Shown here: piece by piece, positions 46,801 through 58,961 of the stretch
How the letters are laid out: every line of letters begins with the position of its first letter
How positions within the stretch are numbered: position 1 is the stretch's first letter
Assembly: GCA_009103225.1 (NCBI GenBank)
Contig: RHPI01002533.1
Location: forward strand, 7,793-71,792
Direction: 5' to 3'
Origin: Chlorokybus atmophyticus
Taxonomy: Eukaryota > Plantae > Mesostigma and Chlorokybus algae
DNA length: 64,000 bases
Notes under the pieces: generated by a model
Seen by the model: only the letters and a program-made list of their open reading frames with translations
Databases searched by the model: none
Told to the model about the DNA's origin: nothing
Position numbers and translations under genes: made by a program

Positions 46801-48319
46801 TTTAGCCTAAACTTGTAGGTTCACAAAGGCCGTAGATCTGAGACTTCTCCCCCGGGGAAAAGCGTCGCCGAGACTGCCAGCGGCAGGGCCAATCCGATCG
46901 TCCGAGGCAGTTCTCTGCCAATAGCAAATCGCGTGCCCCTCAGGCGGATTTTGTGCCCTCACGGCCCCGCCAGCCGTGCACCGGCAGCTTCATCCAACGC
47001 CCGGAACGCCTTCACCGCCGCCCGGCTCGCAGCAGACCGTCCGATAGCAAAGAAAGGCAAACCCTAGCCCCTCGGCACTGGGGCCACGACCTAATGCGCT
47101 TTTTGCGATGGTTACCAATGCATTGCAGCTGGGGGGCTGTAGTCTTGCCACTGTAGTAGCCGTGCCACCAACCTGGTGGTAAGTGAATGATTACCGCCGC
47201 CGCTGGTGCAGGCCGAGGAGGGTGACGTGGGCTGCCAGGCTGCGGCTGACGTGTGCCTTGGACGGTGGGAGGCGAGCACGGACTGCTTGCGGGCGAGCAT
47301 AGGAGCAGCAGCAGCGGTAGGCCACGCCGGTGGATGCGGAATCCTGCGTGCATTGACTCTGGCCTGGTGGCCTAATGATGGCCTGGTGTGAAGGTGGCAC
47401 GCTACCAGGCCATGCGTACACGGTCCACGCCGCCGCGTCAACTTCTACGTGTAGCATAGCACGGTTGCGGGCGGCAACGCCTCGTTGCCCGCCGCCATGC
47501 CGAAGCTTGCAGGCAGCAGGTTTAGCTAGGTGTGGTTGTTGGAGCCAGCAGCGTGCGCAGCATTCTCTGCGCCACCGCCGCTGCTTGCAGCTGCTTCCCT
47601 CCGCTTGTGCTCGAAGCAACCACAGTGCTGTTACAATGGGTGTCCTAGCTTGCGGCAGCACTGACACACCTTCAAGCACAGCTGCCTCGCAGATAGCGCA
47701 GTCTGGCAGCTCGCTGGACTATCAGCCGGTCAGTGTGCACGCACAGATGGCTTTGTGGTTGGCTCAACCGCCATTGCTGAACAACAAAGTATCACTGCAA
47801 CATCTTGGAAGCTCGTAACCCGAGCTCCGGTTGCGTGCTCAATGAAGTACTTGACTTAGTTAGTCGTGACATGCATTGGTATGCATGCTAAGGTGTCGTT
47901 GCCTTGTGCGACGCATTGATAGGTTCGCGTTCGTGGTAGACATGTTCGCATGCAACAAATTGCATGCGAACATGTCTACCACAGTCTGTCAAGACGCTCG
48001 TGTCGTAGTATGATGCTACGGTGCTTGTAGTACCTGTTTCCCGTTCTGTTGCCAAACGCATCGTCTTTGCTTGCACTGTTCACGTAACGCGCGTAGATTT
48101 TGTGTGCGCAAGCCGCGCGCTGATCTATTGGTGTGCGCACGGCACATTCTCAACATGCAACAGGGCACGTCACTGTCAGTGCTGGTCATGCTCATTGTCC
48201 TGTGCGTACTGAGTTCTTGGCCCATTTCACAAGTCATCTCAGCAATGAATTACTTGTGCGCAAGTTGCGACCCAGCACCATGCATGCAACAATGAGGGGC
48301 TAGAGTGAATTGCGTTCAG

Positions 48320-49666
48320 GCACCCAAGACTTTTGATGCAGCAGTCAGGGTGTTCTGCAGTGCAGCCGCGCCGCGGATAATTGCTGTTGGAGTGATGATA
48401 CTGGCGACGCTGCGATCACGCTGGCAAATTTGCTTGCAAGACGCTGTAGGTACGGTACGCACCCCTCAGTAGTTCACTGAAACCAATTTATCAATACCTT
48501 TGTTCAGCTCATAGCATGCATCATTGAGTACATTGTAACCAACACCCCCACCTCCGTTACATGCATGCATCTGGAGTAAGCGTGTATGCATCTTGACAGG
48601 CGCAACTGCTTGCATGTCAAATGAGTTGTAGCTGTCACCAGGCTAGATCTCTCTCATGAGTGGAGACTCTGCATAGGTATTCAGCACACAGCCCACCGAG
48701 ATGTGCACTACCTACAGGTTTCCAGTAGGCTTGCAGTCGCATGGCACTGTACATCAGCTATAGCAGCCACAATTTGCACAATCTGCGCAACACAGCATGC
48801 TTCGGCTATACACAGGCACTATGCATGACAGCCTCTTGCGCGCTTTGCAGTTTCTTTGTGCGTGGGAGGTTTCTGGATGTTGCAAGAGTGGTTTGTGCAT
48901 CGCTGGCTGCTCCATTCTGTCGCATCCTGGGCTGGCCGCGACATTCATGCTGGCCATCACGCGCTGCCGTACTTTCATGTATCTCTCGACGGGCCTGAGG
49001 TAAACAACGTCGCCCGAGCTGCATTCTGTCATGATGCCAATCATAATGGCAGGCGGTGCAGTATCAACAAACTAAGTACGACACCTTCAGTTGGGTGCAA
49101 ACAGTCTAAGTCTGCTTGTGAGCACAGCGCGTCAGGACGCTCGTGTCCTGCCTGTCTGCATTGCTTACTCCTGCTTGCCACTGTGCACTCTGTGCAGGTT
49201 GTGGTGCCGATGATGTTTCTCAGTGCGGGTTTGGCAGCAGCATCTGTTGTAATGGGCGCATCAGCTTCGCTCGCGATAACTGGACTTGTGTCATACTGGG
49301 CTATGGGTCTTGTATATGAATGGACGCACTACCTCTGCCATACGCGGGTGCCGCTTACTTCCGGCATTGCCAAAGCTGTGAAAAGGAACCATGTGAGTAT
49401 TGTGTTGTACGCCCTTCATCAGTTCGTGCTGTGCGGTCTGTTGCTCCGGACTAACTAAGTCCTCATATCAACAGATGCTTCACCACTGTCGAAATGAAGA
49501 TCACTGGATGTCGTTCACTTGCCCGCCATTGGATCATCTCTTTGGTACTGCACCTTCGGACCCCTCTCTCGTACCCGTGAATCTATCACTCAGGCGCCAG
49601 GGCCTTGCTGCAAAAGCAGACCATCCAGGTAAACAATGTCATTGCCATCGGCACTGTAGTGCATGA
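48320..49666 (+). CDS. Fatty-acid hydroxylase / sterol-desaturase superfamily protein (spliced; first exon uncertain, possibly ORF 47375..)
   Basis: In-frame exons 48320-48449, 48851-about 49000, about 49199-49393 and about 49475 onward. His boxes HRWLLH, HAGHH, EWTHYLCH and NH|MLHH, and a C-terminal LDHLFGT. Confidence 0.82.
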
Positions 49667-50737
49667 CTGAAATGAACAAGTTTATAGCACACACAGAAGT
49701 TGATTGCCAACTACTGTTTTACTTGAGTGCGCGCCTAACTGTTTTGTGCACCACAATGCAGATGGCAGTGAGCTCGAGTTTCTGCCCGCTGCCGTGCCAA
49801 GTGCTTGAACAGCAGCATGTACAGTGTAATTGGTGTAAGATACATACCCTTGAATAGTGCTACTTCTGTTTGCAGCGGCGAGTTGATAGTGATAGGCAAT
49901 AGTGGACTTCATTTGTGTTGTGGTTCACAAGTGGTAGTTAATGCTGTGTAGAGACTGCCAGGAAGTTGTTTATCCCACCACCTGGTTGGTGCATGGCAGC
50001 CATAGCTTGGAAGGGTTCCGCAGCTATCACTAAAGCTGCCATAATTGCAAGTACAATGTACCCTTGTTATATCATTGGTTTAAGTAAAATCGCTCCTACA
50101 ACGGGGAAAATACACCTTGAGTGTGCAAAAGTGCTGTTCTTGTGTTGCACACAAGCAACAACGCGACTGTAATGAGGTAATGTAATGTAATGTACTTTAC
50201 CATAACTTGATGAAGTATACATATATATCATAAGTTGCAATCAGTTGTTGTCACCGCGACGCGTACATTTGGACCCGTATCTGTGTACATCATAAACATT
50301 GTATTTCCCGCGATCTTTCTTGATAACACTGCATATGTGCATGCATGCGTGTTTTATGTGTTCTTAAAATGTTACAATGAATAAGCCTATTCCATTGGCC
50401 ACCGGTTTTTACCTGGCAACCGTTAAGTAGTATTGTATTTCAATACAAGAAACAGGGTTATACCATTTGCGTATATGCACAGTTGCTCTGCTGCTGCTGC
50501 TGCTGTGCCTTCGGCTCAACTTCTCCTTCTGCTTGCCTCCTGCTTTGCCCAGGTACTTGCTGGAGGCCACCTTGCCCTACTGGCCTGTCTAACCTATCCA
50601 ACGGTATTGCACACAGCTTGTAGCCAGCTCCTTAGCTAGGTTGTATCCTTGCTTTGCTAGCTATGCTGTTTAAAAGTTGAGTTTTGATATGCTCAAGCCG
50701 TTGTGCATGTTGGAAGCTTGGGGACATTGATTGCTAT

Positions 50738-51236
50738 TGTAACAATTGGGGCCCAACCACTAGGCTATGGTAGTAAAAGACACTACCATGAGTGAGGTTT
50801 GTCACAATCTATCCCAGTTCGTGACATTCCACCCCAATCCAACCCATGAGTTCCTCATAATCCAATGAGGCACTAGCCCACGTCGCCGTGTTCACGACCG
50901 TACCACGATCGGTCTGCCCGCGGCCTGTTGGATCCGGCCCACGAACGGTCCTAACCGCCCGAACGCCATCCTCACCACGCGACCTGCCATCGCATCGCGG
51001 CCGCTCACGCGGCCTTACGTTGAACTGGCTCGGTGCGCAGGTCGTGATCCCGCGCCCAGCCTAGGGCAAGCCGCCCCAAATGCTTTATTTTTGCCTTGAT
51101 TTGCCGCAGTCCTATATGAGAATTGAACCTGAAACGTCAAGCTACGTTACCATTGTAACAATTGGGGCCCGACCTCTAGGCTATGATAGTAAAAGACACT
51201 ACCATGAGGTTTGTCAATTTATCCCAATTTGTGACA
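50738..51236 (-). mobile_element. TRIM family 2 (non-coding LTR mini-retroelement)
   Basis: LTRs 50738-50826 and 51154-51236. Near-TSD GCTAT/GCTAA. On the minus strand, PBS-like TGGTAACGTAGC and PPT GGATTGGGGTGGAA. Confidence 0.88.
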
Positions 51237-51933
51237 GCTAATCCTTATATGATGATAGCAAAAAGTGGACGGTAGCAAAAATGATATTTTTTGTTGGCAT
51301 AGCTTGAATCTGGGCGTTAATGTGGTTATACTTGATAAAGAATGTTTGCTATACCATGATATTGCAAGTCACCTGTGGTCTTAGTGGAAACATCTTACGT
51401 ATTACACAATCATTTTGCATACATTTACCATAACTGCTGTGACATACAAATCATCTTTTTTGTGGGTAGGTTCACGCATGCAATATTCGCTTTGTGCTTA
51501 CAGACATTTGCGCCCGTATGTTTGTTGTTTATACATGTACAATTGACGCCGAAGGCAATTGACTGTGCGTGCAGAATTCAATCAAATTGCACGTGATGAC
51601 TACGCATGCGCAGAATAACAAGCATGTTTCGTATTTTGTTCAATTATTGCATTAAAATATTCACATGAAACGCATGCTACCGCAAGTCTCAGTAAGACCA
51701 TACGTAAACGTCACAATCTCACACAGAGATGATTAATCTTTATGTAAGGGACCTGCTATTGGCTTTGTTGCATCATTGTACGTCATAAAAGCACACACCA
51801 CTTATAAGATGGATAAATCTCTTATTCGAATGAGGGTCCTTCGTCAAGTATTCGAGCTAAGTCAACGTCTCTCACTATCTTCGTACGTTGGAGGCCTATT
51901 CTTGATCGAGCACTTACATACCTTGTTCATAGC

Positions 51934-52452
51934 TGTCACAGCCCACTCATCTATGAAAGACTTGGTGCTTTTATGGTCGATCTGTGGTAAGTTAATGTAC
52001 CTTCCCGTTACATTCCCCCCCACTTAAGAACGCTGACGTCCTCGGCAGCTGGCTCCCATCAGCTGGGGAATCATCTCAGAGGTCTGATTAGGGTCGGTCA
52101 CTGGCCCCACCACCCAAGGACCGACCAATCTAGGCCCATACCGGTCAACGCGCGCATAGCGCACCGCTGCCGGCCCCACAGGTCGCATTGCGACAGGCAG
52201 GTCGCGCCCTACCGCGCCGACTGAACGCCGGCACGACTGCCATTAGGCAAGTCGCAACCCATCAATGATAGCACTTATGACCGTTTACGATGCTATTGGA
52301 TCGAGAAGCAACGACCGCGGAATTCGTGTGCAAGGCATGAATGTGCAAACCCGGGTCTCAAGCTCCGACACCAATGTCACAACCCACTCGACTAAAAAGA
52401 CTTGGTGCTTTTATGGTCGATTTGTGGTAATTTAATGTACCTTCCCGTTACA
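51934..52452 (-). mobile_element. TRIM family 1, copy 2
   Basis: LTRs 51934-52012 and 52375-52452, TSD ATAGC, PBS TGGTGTCGGAGC. Internal region is colinear with 21434-21808. Confidence 0.95.
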
Positions 52453-53674
52453 ATAGCACTTGCTACCTTGTGCACTCGCATGGATTTTATTAGCATGGCG
52501 GTTCAAAAGCACGCAGTCCATTAGCATCTGAACATAAGCTCAGGATGACGCCTAGCGAACCATAATTCACGCACGCACACACACACACGCTGTCACCACA
52601 CGAAATGCTATCGAGCCTTTTATCAATATCTTTCAGCACATCACACACTGGCAGACCCGTCAGTGCACAATCAGATGACATTGACGACAGCAGGCTGTAT
52701 TCAAGCTTGCACACCACTTGCTAGCAATACCACTTGTTTATGAGCAAAGTATCTACTCCAATAACATCCTTTGATTTTCATATAGGCCCCCGTTTGATTT
52801 GCCCGAGACAAATGTGGGGCAGATTTGATTGGGGCGCGTTATTCTAAGCGCAGCACATTGGATACTTCAGTGACTTTTCAAATTAACTTTTTTCCTGCTC
52901 CCTTCCGCTTCTTGAAAGTCTTTTGGCCTAGAGTACATGTACATGCAATTGTCATCTTAATGTATGAGTGAATCTTGATAGAAGGCAGGAAGGAAGCCTG
53001 CAAGAACACCTTATGCTTGTGTCCGTTTCGGAAGCTGATGGCACGGAAAGACTACTTCTAAGCGTTTTCCGTTAGCTCAACAACGAAAGTTCCTTGCGTC
53101 CGCGGAAGTACCCAGCCCCACGTCATCTACGTCGAATGACATAGTTGCGCGAATGAACGGACTCTCCGGTTACGCTAATAATTGTAACCCAACAGCGGCA
53201 GGTTGCTGCCAACGACTCGCTGTAATAAGCGGCCACATGCACTTGTATACCAATGTTATGCATGTTACAATACAATGTCGTTGACATCATGTATACCGTA
53301 GTGCCATAAAATCTTCGTAAAATAAACAATTTGGTATGATATGTATGACAACCTTTGACGTGACGTGTTTAAAATAAACTTCTTTATATAAGACCGATAC
53401 GGGTATCTTAAATGTATAGCACGAATGTATAGCACGAATTTAGCATAATTGCGATTTCGTAAAGCATGGATTGTTATGTGCATAGCATTGCATTGACATT
53501 TTAATATAATGCACTGTTAATAAGCTGTATACTATCCACATGCCAACATCATGGACCATGATGTTGACACATGTACATGTGCATATGGTGTTGCGACCCA
53601 TAATAGTAATAATGTCCCCCTCGGAGGGGACAGCAAACCAGAAGGAGGTTACAACGTCCCAATACACCCTCCCC

Positions 53675-53797
53675 NNNNNNNNNNNNNNNNNNNNNNNNNN
53701 NNNNNNNNNNNNNNNNNNNNNNNNNNNNNNNNNNNNNNNNNNNNNNNNNNNNNNNNNNNNNNNNNNNNNNNNNNNNNNNNNNNNNNNNNNNNNNNNN
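53675..53797. other. Assembly gap flanked by poly-C
   Basis: 123 N characters. Confidence 0.99.
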
Positions 53798-53835
<38 letters not shown>

Positions 53836-55031
53836 TTCTCTCCCTTTCTGTGCTTTTGCTGGATGGGTGGGTTGGTGGGTGCGGGGGTATTGAGATAAAC
53901 ATGGTAACACCTTATTGGCAATTCGTGATATTCCATATAAGTTCTTTACATTAACACCATCGAGATTTTTTTACCACCATGTCACGCACACACGCACGCA
54001 CGCCAATTTTGCAAAGTACAAAGAAATTGGCAAGGCCATATGCATGAAGCACATGTGTTAGCTCATTAACCTCATTACTATGATTATAATATGATTATAA
54101 TTTGATTATAATTTAAAAAAAAAACAATCCGGTTTTAGATTGATTATACAATAAGCACGTATGTTGATAGTACATTTATGCAGTGCTAGTTATATTTGCG
54201 CGATTGTATTGTCCAATGCTAGCCTCTGCACAACTCGAAGAAAGGCGGCTGCTTCAAGCTAACAAAGATATTACTCGATTGTCGGCTCTGAATATGCACT
54301 TCAATATGTACAAATAAAAAGTCGACGTTATGTCGTGCGGACATCTATGTAATCCACAACTATAAAGCAGTGCGTAATGAAAGTTCGCATGGACAAATTG
54401 ACAAATGAAAAAAAGAATAATTTTTATGAACCAATGTGTGTTCACCTCATAAGGGGAAACTTTATGTGTTTACACATGCATATATTGTGTGGTGCAAAGT
54501 TGGATGTTGATATACAAAATGTGTTTTAAAATTTTTATAATGCTACTCATCCATGTAGTTTGCCACGCGTATTTTACCTCACATGTTCATTAAGTATAAT
54601 GTAACTTCGCTTCGCAAGGAAAATTGACTAATCATCATATGCCAATCAACAAATGTGGGTACAGCACAAACACATGTTTGTGTGCGTATATGCATGTAAC
54701 GTGCATAGGCATGCACATGACGCTTCTTTGATTTTACGGTCTAATACTGCTTTTGAAATATGTATGATGCAATATCAATTTATATTCTCACATTTAAAGT
54801 GCAGCGTTTGATGATCGTACGTAATGATATATGTGTGACGTTCACACATTGTAAGCACACTTGAACTTACAATACATAATACATTTGCAATGTCAGTTTA
54901 CAATGCAAACGATTTTCATTCCCTATGTTGCATTGTTGTTTTCAAGTTGAATAAGGAGTTGTTACATTTCAACGTTTGATAGAATGAACCATGCCAATGT
55001 TGCATGAGGTACATATATGCCACATACATGT

Positions 55032-55084
55032 AGTCTTAGCGGGGGCAATGTACATACAGCATGTACATTGCCCCCGCTAAGACT
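55032..55084. repeat. Perfect 24-bp inverted repeat with a 5-nt loop
   Basis: AGTCTTAGCGGGGGCAATGTACAT-acagc-ATGTACATTGCCCCCGCTAAGACT. Confidence 0.95.
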
Positions 55085-56501
55085 GGAGTACAGGCGGTAT
55101 TCGTATAGCAATAGCATGGAGTGCCTACAGCTGTGATATTGACTTGCAACGAGTCCTTCATAAATGGACGCCGTACGGGTAGGTGATGGTTACCGTACGA
55201 TACAATTGGCAATGTGCTGCCAATTGTATCGGTACGTACGCAATGTAGGCACCTACCTTGACCCAAACCGTCGTCATGTAATAACAGTCAGCCGACGCGT
55301 AAGCCCCGGACACATAGCTTTAGGGTGACTGCGTCACCGTGACACGCATTGCTGACACGGCGCTTGGCTTCGCCAGACACGCTCCCCAACTTCTGCATTT
55401 GAACGCGCCCCCGCACATAACCGCCTGGGCCCCGTCTTCCACGCGCCGTTCCAGCCCTAACCGCCTGCCGACCTGTGTCTGCGTGATGGGGTGGGCACAG
55501 GCATTCCCCGTGTCTGCACCGCGCGCGCCACACGGCACACACACAAGCCCAAGGTCCGATTGCGCCACCCGCGTGGAAAACCACCTGTTTCAACCAATCG
55601 TGTCGCGCGCTCTTTCAATCTTCCCGCGGCTTCCCGCCTTTAATTTCGACTGCCAGTAGACATCTCCTCTGCGTGAATGTTGCATTAACGACCTCTTGCG
55701 TGGCTCAGGCGGCCTGAGTCAGGCCTCTCTTTGGCCCCCCCTGTACCGGCTGCATCACATTCTAATGTCCAAACGTTGACCAGCCCAGCTATGGAAAGGG
55801 CCGCGCGTTTGATATCGTCGGTATCGCGATCAACGACGCAGAAGGGAGCTCTGGGACCACCAGATTCGGCCTCTCACCGTCGATCGTTGATCGTCGTCGA
55901 GGATTCGTCGATCCTGCGCAGCAGTTGTCTGACTCACTCCTACGGGCCATGCCTGACAAAGTACCCCTGCTGCTGACAGTGCGTACTCGTCAGAACACGA
56001 ACACGGCGCAAGTCACGTGTCAAGATCTCCCGTTACGGCCATCAATATACGTCACCGGTGCCTCTGATACAGCTGTACCAGCCGAATCATTGCGTGGCGG
56101 CGAAGTGAGAACAGACTGCAGAAATGAGAGCAGAAAAATCCCCCCCTCGCATCGTGCCCGTCACCTAGACTGGAATCCCTCACACAGCTCATTGTGGCGG
56201 CGTTGAAACCCTTGCTGGAGGCGGCGGCGGTGTCGGTGGCGTTGGTGGCGTTGGCGGTGATTGGTCGGGCGTGAGGTTGGTTGTCGGAGCGGGTGGATGC
56301 TGGCGTGGAGGTAACGAGCAGCGGCGGCCTCGGCGGGGAGAGTCCATTTTGCCGCCTCTCCTTCTGCGCCGTGGTCGTCGTCATTGTGCTAGGGTTTCAG
56401 TTGGGGAGAAGGCAGTTGGTGCAGGTTGAGTCTTTGGTTTGTTTGTGAGCCCTCGCTTGGGGCGGAGGGCTAGGGTTTAGTTTTGGTGGCCCTGCCTTGG
56501 A

Positions 56502-58961
56502 ATGTTATCTAGCTCCCCTCCCGCGAGGGCGGGGGCAGGCGTCTGGATGCCATCGGCCACCGCGACGCGATTGTCGGTAGACTTACAGCACCGGAGCGCA
56601 CCCGTGCACGTTCCGCTGCCACGCACCCACAGCCCGCTGCCCGCTGTCCGTGCTCCCAGCCCGTCGCCCTCCTACCCGCACAGCCACGGCCACAGTCATG
56701 GGCACAGCCATAGCCATAGTCAGAGCAGCAGCCACAATTCATCCTCCTCTTCCTCGTTGAACACGTCTCCCGTGCCCTCCGCCGTCGGGTTCAAGGTTCA
56801 AACCAACGCTGCTCTTCCTCCTGTCAGCCGGTCTAGGGCGCCCGCGCGTGAGGGTTTGCTCGGCAAGGCGCTTTCTCAGGGGCTGTCTTCTTATCCTTCC
56901 AGCTCGCCGCCTTGCCCCGATGGCTTTCCCTACGTCATGGCCTTCACTGGCCAGCGCACTTCCCGCGGCGGCACAAGGGACTACCTTGCTGACGCGCAGT
57001 CGCAACTTGCCATCTTCAATGACCCATTGGTGGTGAAAGCTTATCGATTGGCTGAAACTGCGCACGCAGGACAGGTGCAGCATTTTCTTTTGGCATAATG
57101 TGAATTGCCCGATTTGCTTGCGCAGTGCTCGCCCTAATCGTTTTTGGCAGGATGGTTGTTGCATGCTCATTGTCGTTGTGTAATTCAGACGAGAAAGAAT
57201 GGCGATCCTTACATTGTGCACTGCGTCGAGACTGCACGCATTCTGGCTGACCTGCGGGCAAACGCAGCGATTGTGTCTGCGGCCATCCTCCATGATGTCA
57301 TTGATGACACTAGCATGGAGTTGTCAGATATCAAGGATGCCTGTGGCGACGAAGTCGCAAAGCTTGTTGAGTTGGTAAGTTGTGCTCTTGATTTGCACAA
57401 CGATGCTTGCAGTCATTGGAGGTTGAATTCAGTCTGTGTGCAGGTTTCTCAAATGAGCACTATCTGCGATTTTGTGCGCCACCGCACGGACAAGTTAACC
57501 CCAGAAACACTCAAAGATTTGAAGAAAGTCTTCACCAACATGGGCTCAGGAGCAGGCGTGAATGCGTTTGTCATCAAACTCGCAGATCGGTTGCACAACA
57601 TGCGGACATTGGAGGCGTTGGAGCCTCACAAGCAGCAACGCATGGCCCAAGAGACTCTGGAGGTGTTCGCCCCTTTGGCAAACCGCCTCGGCATGTGGCA
57701 CTTGAAGGCAGAGCTAGAAGGTCGGTTGCCATTGTCACTAAATGTGTGCATGTGTGCGCATATCACATGGTATGTGTGCAATTGCTGATGATTGCTTGTC
57801 CTTGCAGACCTATGCTTCATGTATCTCAAGAGCGAAGAGTGCCGTGCACTCAAGGCGCAGCTGGCTAGCTTGGACATGGGGCGAACAACAATTGGCGACT
57901 CCATGAGAACTCTGCAGCGAGTGTTAAATGATCAGGGTGTGCGCGCAGACATTTACGGCAGGCCCAAGAACTTGTACAGCATTTACCGCAAAATGGCCGA
58001 TAAGGGCAAGACACTGGATGATATCTATGATCTGCACGCCATCCGCATTGTTGTTAATGACGTCCGCGAATGCTATGATGTCCTTACCGCTGTACATACT
58101 CAATGGGAGCATCTCCCAGGTACTAATTGTCAACTTGAGTTTCCTGTTGTCTCCCGTGTCCTTGTGTGCTTAGCTCACACAGGCTTGCTTGGTGCAGATC
58201 GGTTCAAGGACTATATCAAAGAGCCCAAGGAAAGCGGTTACAAGTCCTTGCACACTGTGGTTAAAGTGGGCGCTGTACGCATGGAGGTGCAGATCCGCAC
58301 TCAGCAGATGCACCTCTGTGCTGAGTATGGAGTCGCGGCCCATTGGCAGTACAAAGAGGGTGACGATGATGTGGATGAGGTGCTCAGGCGCCAGGTCCGC
58401 TGGATGCGATACATGCTCTCCTGGTCCCGAGAAGCTCAGGACAACATTGCACAGCTGGAGGAAAACATCTCGGCGGGTAACTCTCCCGCGACGGATCCAG
58501 AGCTGCAGCGAGCCACTGTGTCTTCAGGGCTGTGCGATTTCCCTACACATCGTGAAGAGTGCCGCTACCATAAGCTGGCAATCTCTTCTGAAGTCAGCAA
58601 GGTGACTGATCTCAGCATATTCGGTGTGGACCTGAGTGCTCCCGACAATGGTGGTATACTTGTCATCATGGCCGACGGCAATCTGGTAGAGCTCCCGCCA
58701 TGCGCAACTGCCAGCGATATTGCAAGGCGTGAAGGGTATACTGGAAGAGGGTTTCTCAGCAGCCTGGCACCACCAGTGGTGCAAGTCAATGGACGCCCTG
58801 TCGAACTGGACCATCCTCTGCGCCCTGGTGATCTGATCCAGGTGGTTGCTGAACCACCTCCCCGGCCACCGCCTTTCCTGCGCAGCCCACGCGTGCTCCA
58901 CAACATGACACGTGACACGCTCCACCCCGCCTTAGAGGTGTATGGTGTTTGTCAAGGTTGA
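56502..58961 (+). CDS. RSH: RelA/SpoT homologue, (p)ppGpp synthetase/hydrolase, plant RSH2/3-like, probably plastid-targeted
   Basis: Exons 56502-57074, 57189-57374, 57444-57720, 57808-58119 and 58198-58961, all GT-AG and in frame. AHAGQTRKNGDPYIVHCVET, ILHDVIDD (HD), KLADRLHNMRTL, GRPKNLYSI, RFKDYI...SGYKSLHT, EVQIRT, AEYGVAAHWQYKE, and a TGS-like end (VNGRPVELDHPLRPGDLIQV). Ser/Pro-rich N-terminal extension. Confidence 0.95.

Noticed and set aside
46950-48300. Overlapping short ORFs on both strands
   Set aside because: Only 47375..47818 (+) looks like a possible transit-peptide exon of the hydroxylase, and its splice path could not be fixed, so it is not called separately.
53440-53936. ORFs spanning poly-G/X
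   Set aside because: Artefacts of translating through the N gap and poly-C.
55280-56400. GC-rich short ORFs upstream of RSH
   Set aside because: No recognisable motifs. Could be UTR, promoter or an unrelated small gene; not supportable.
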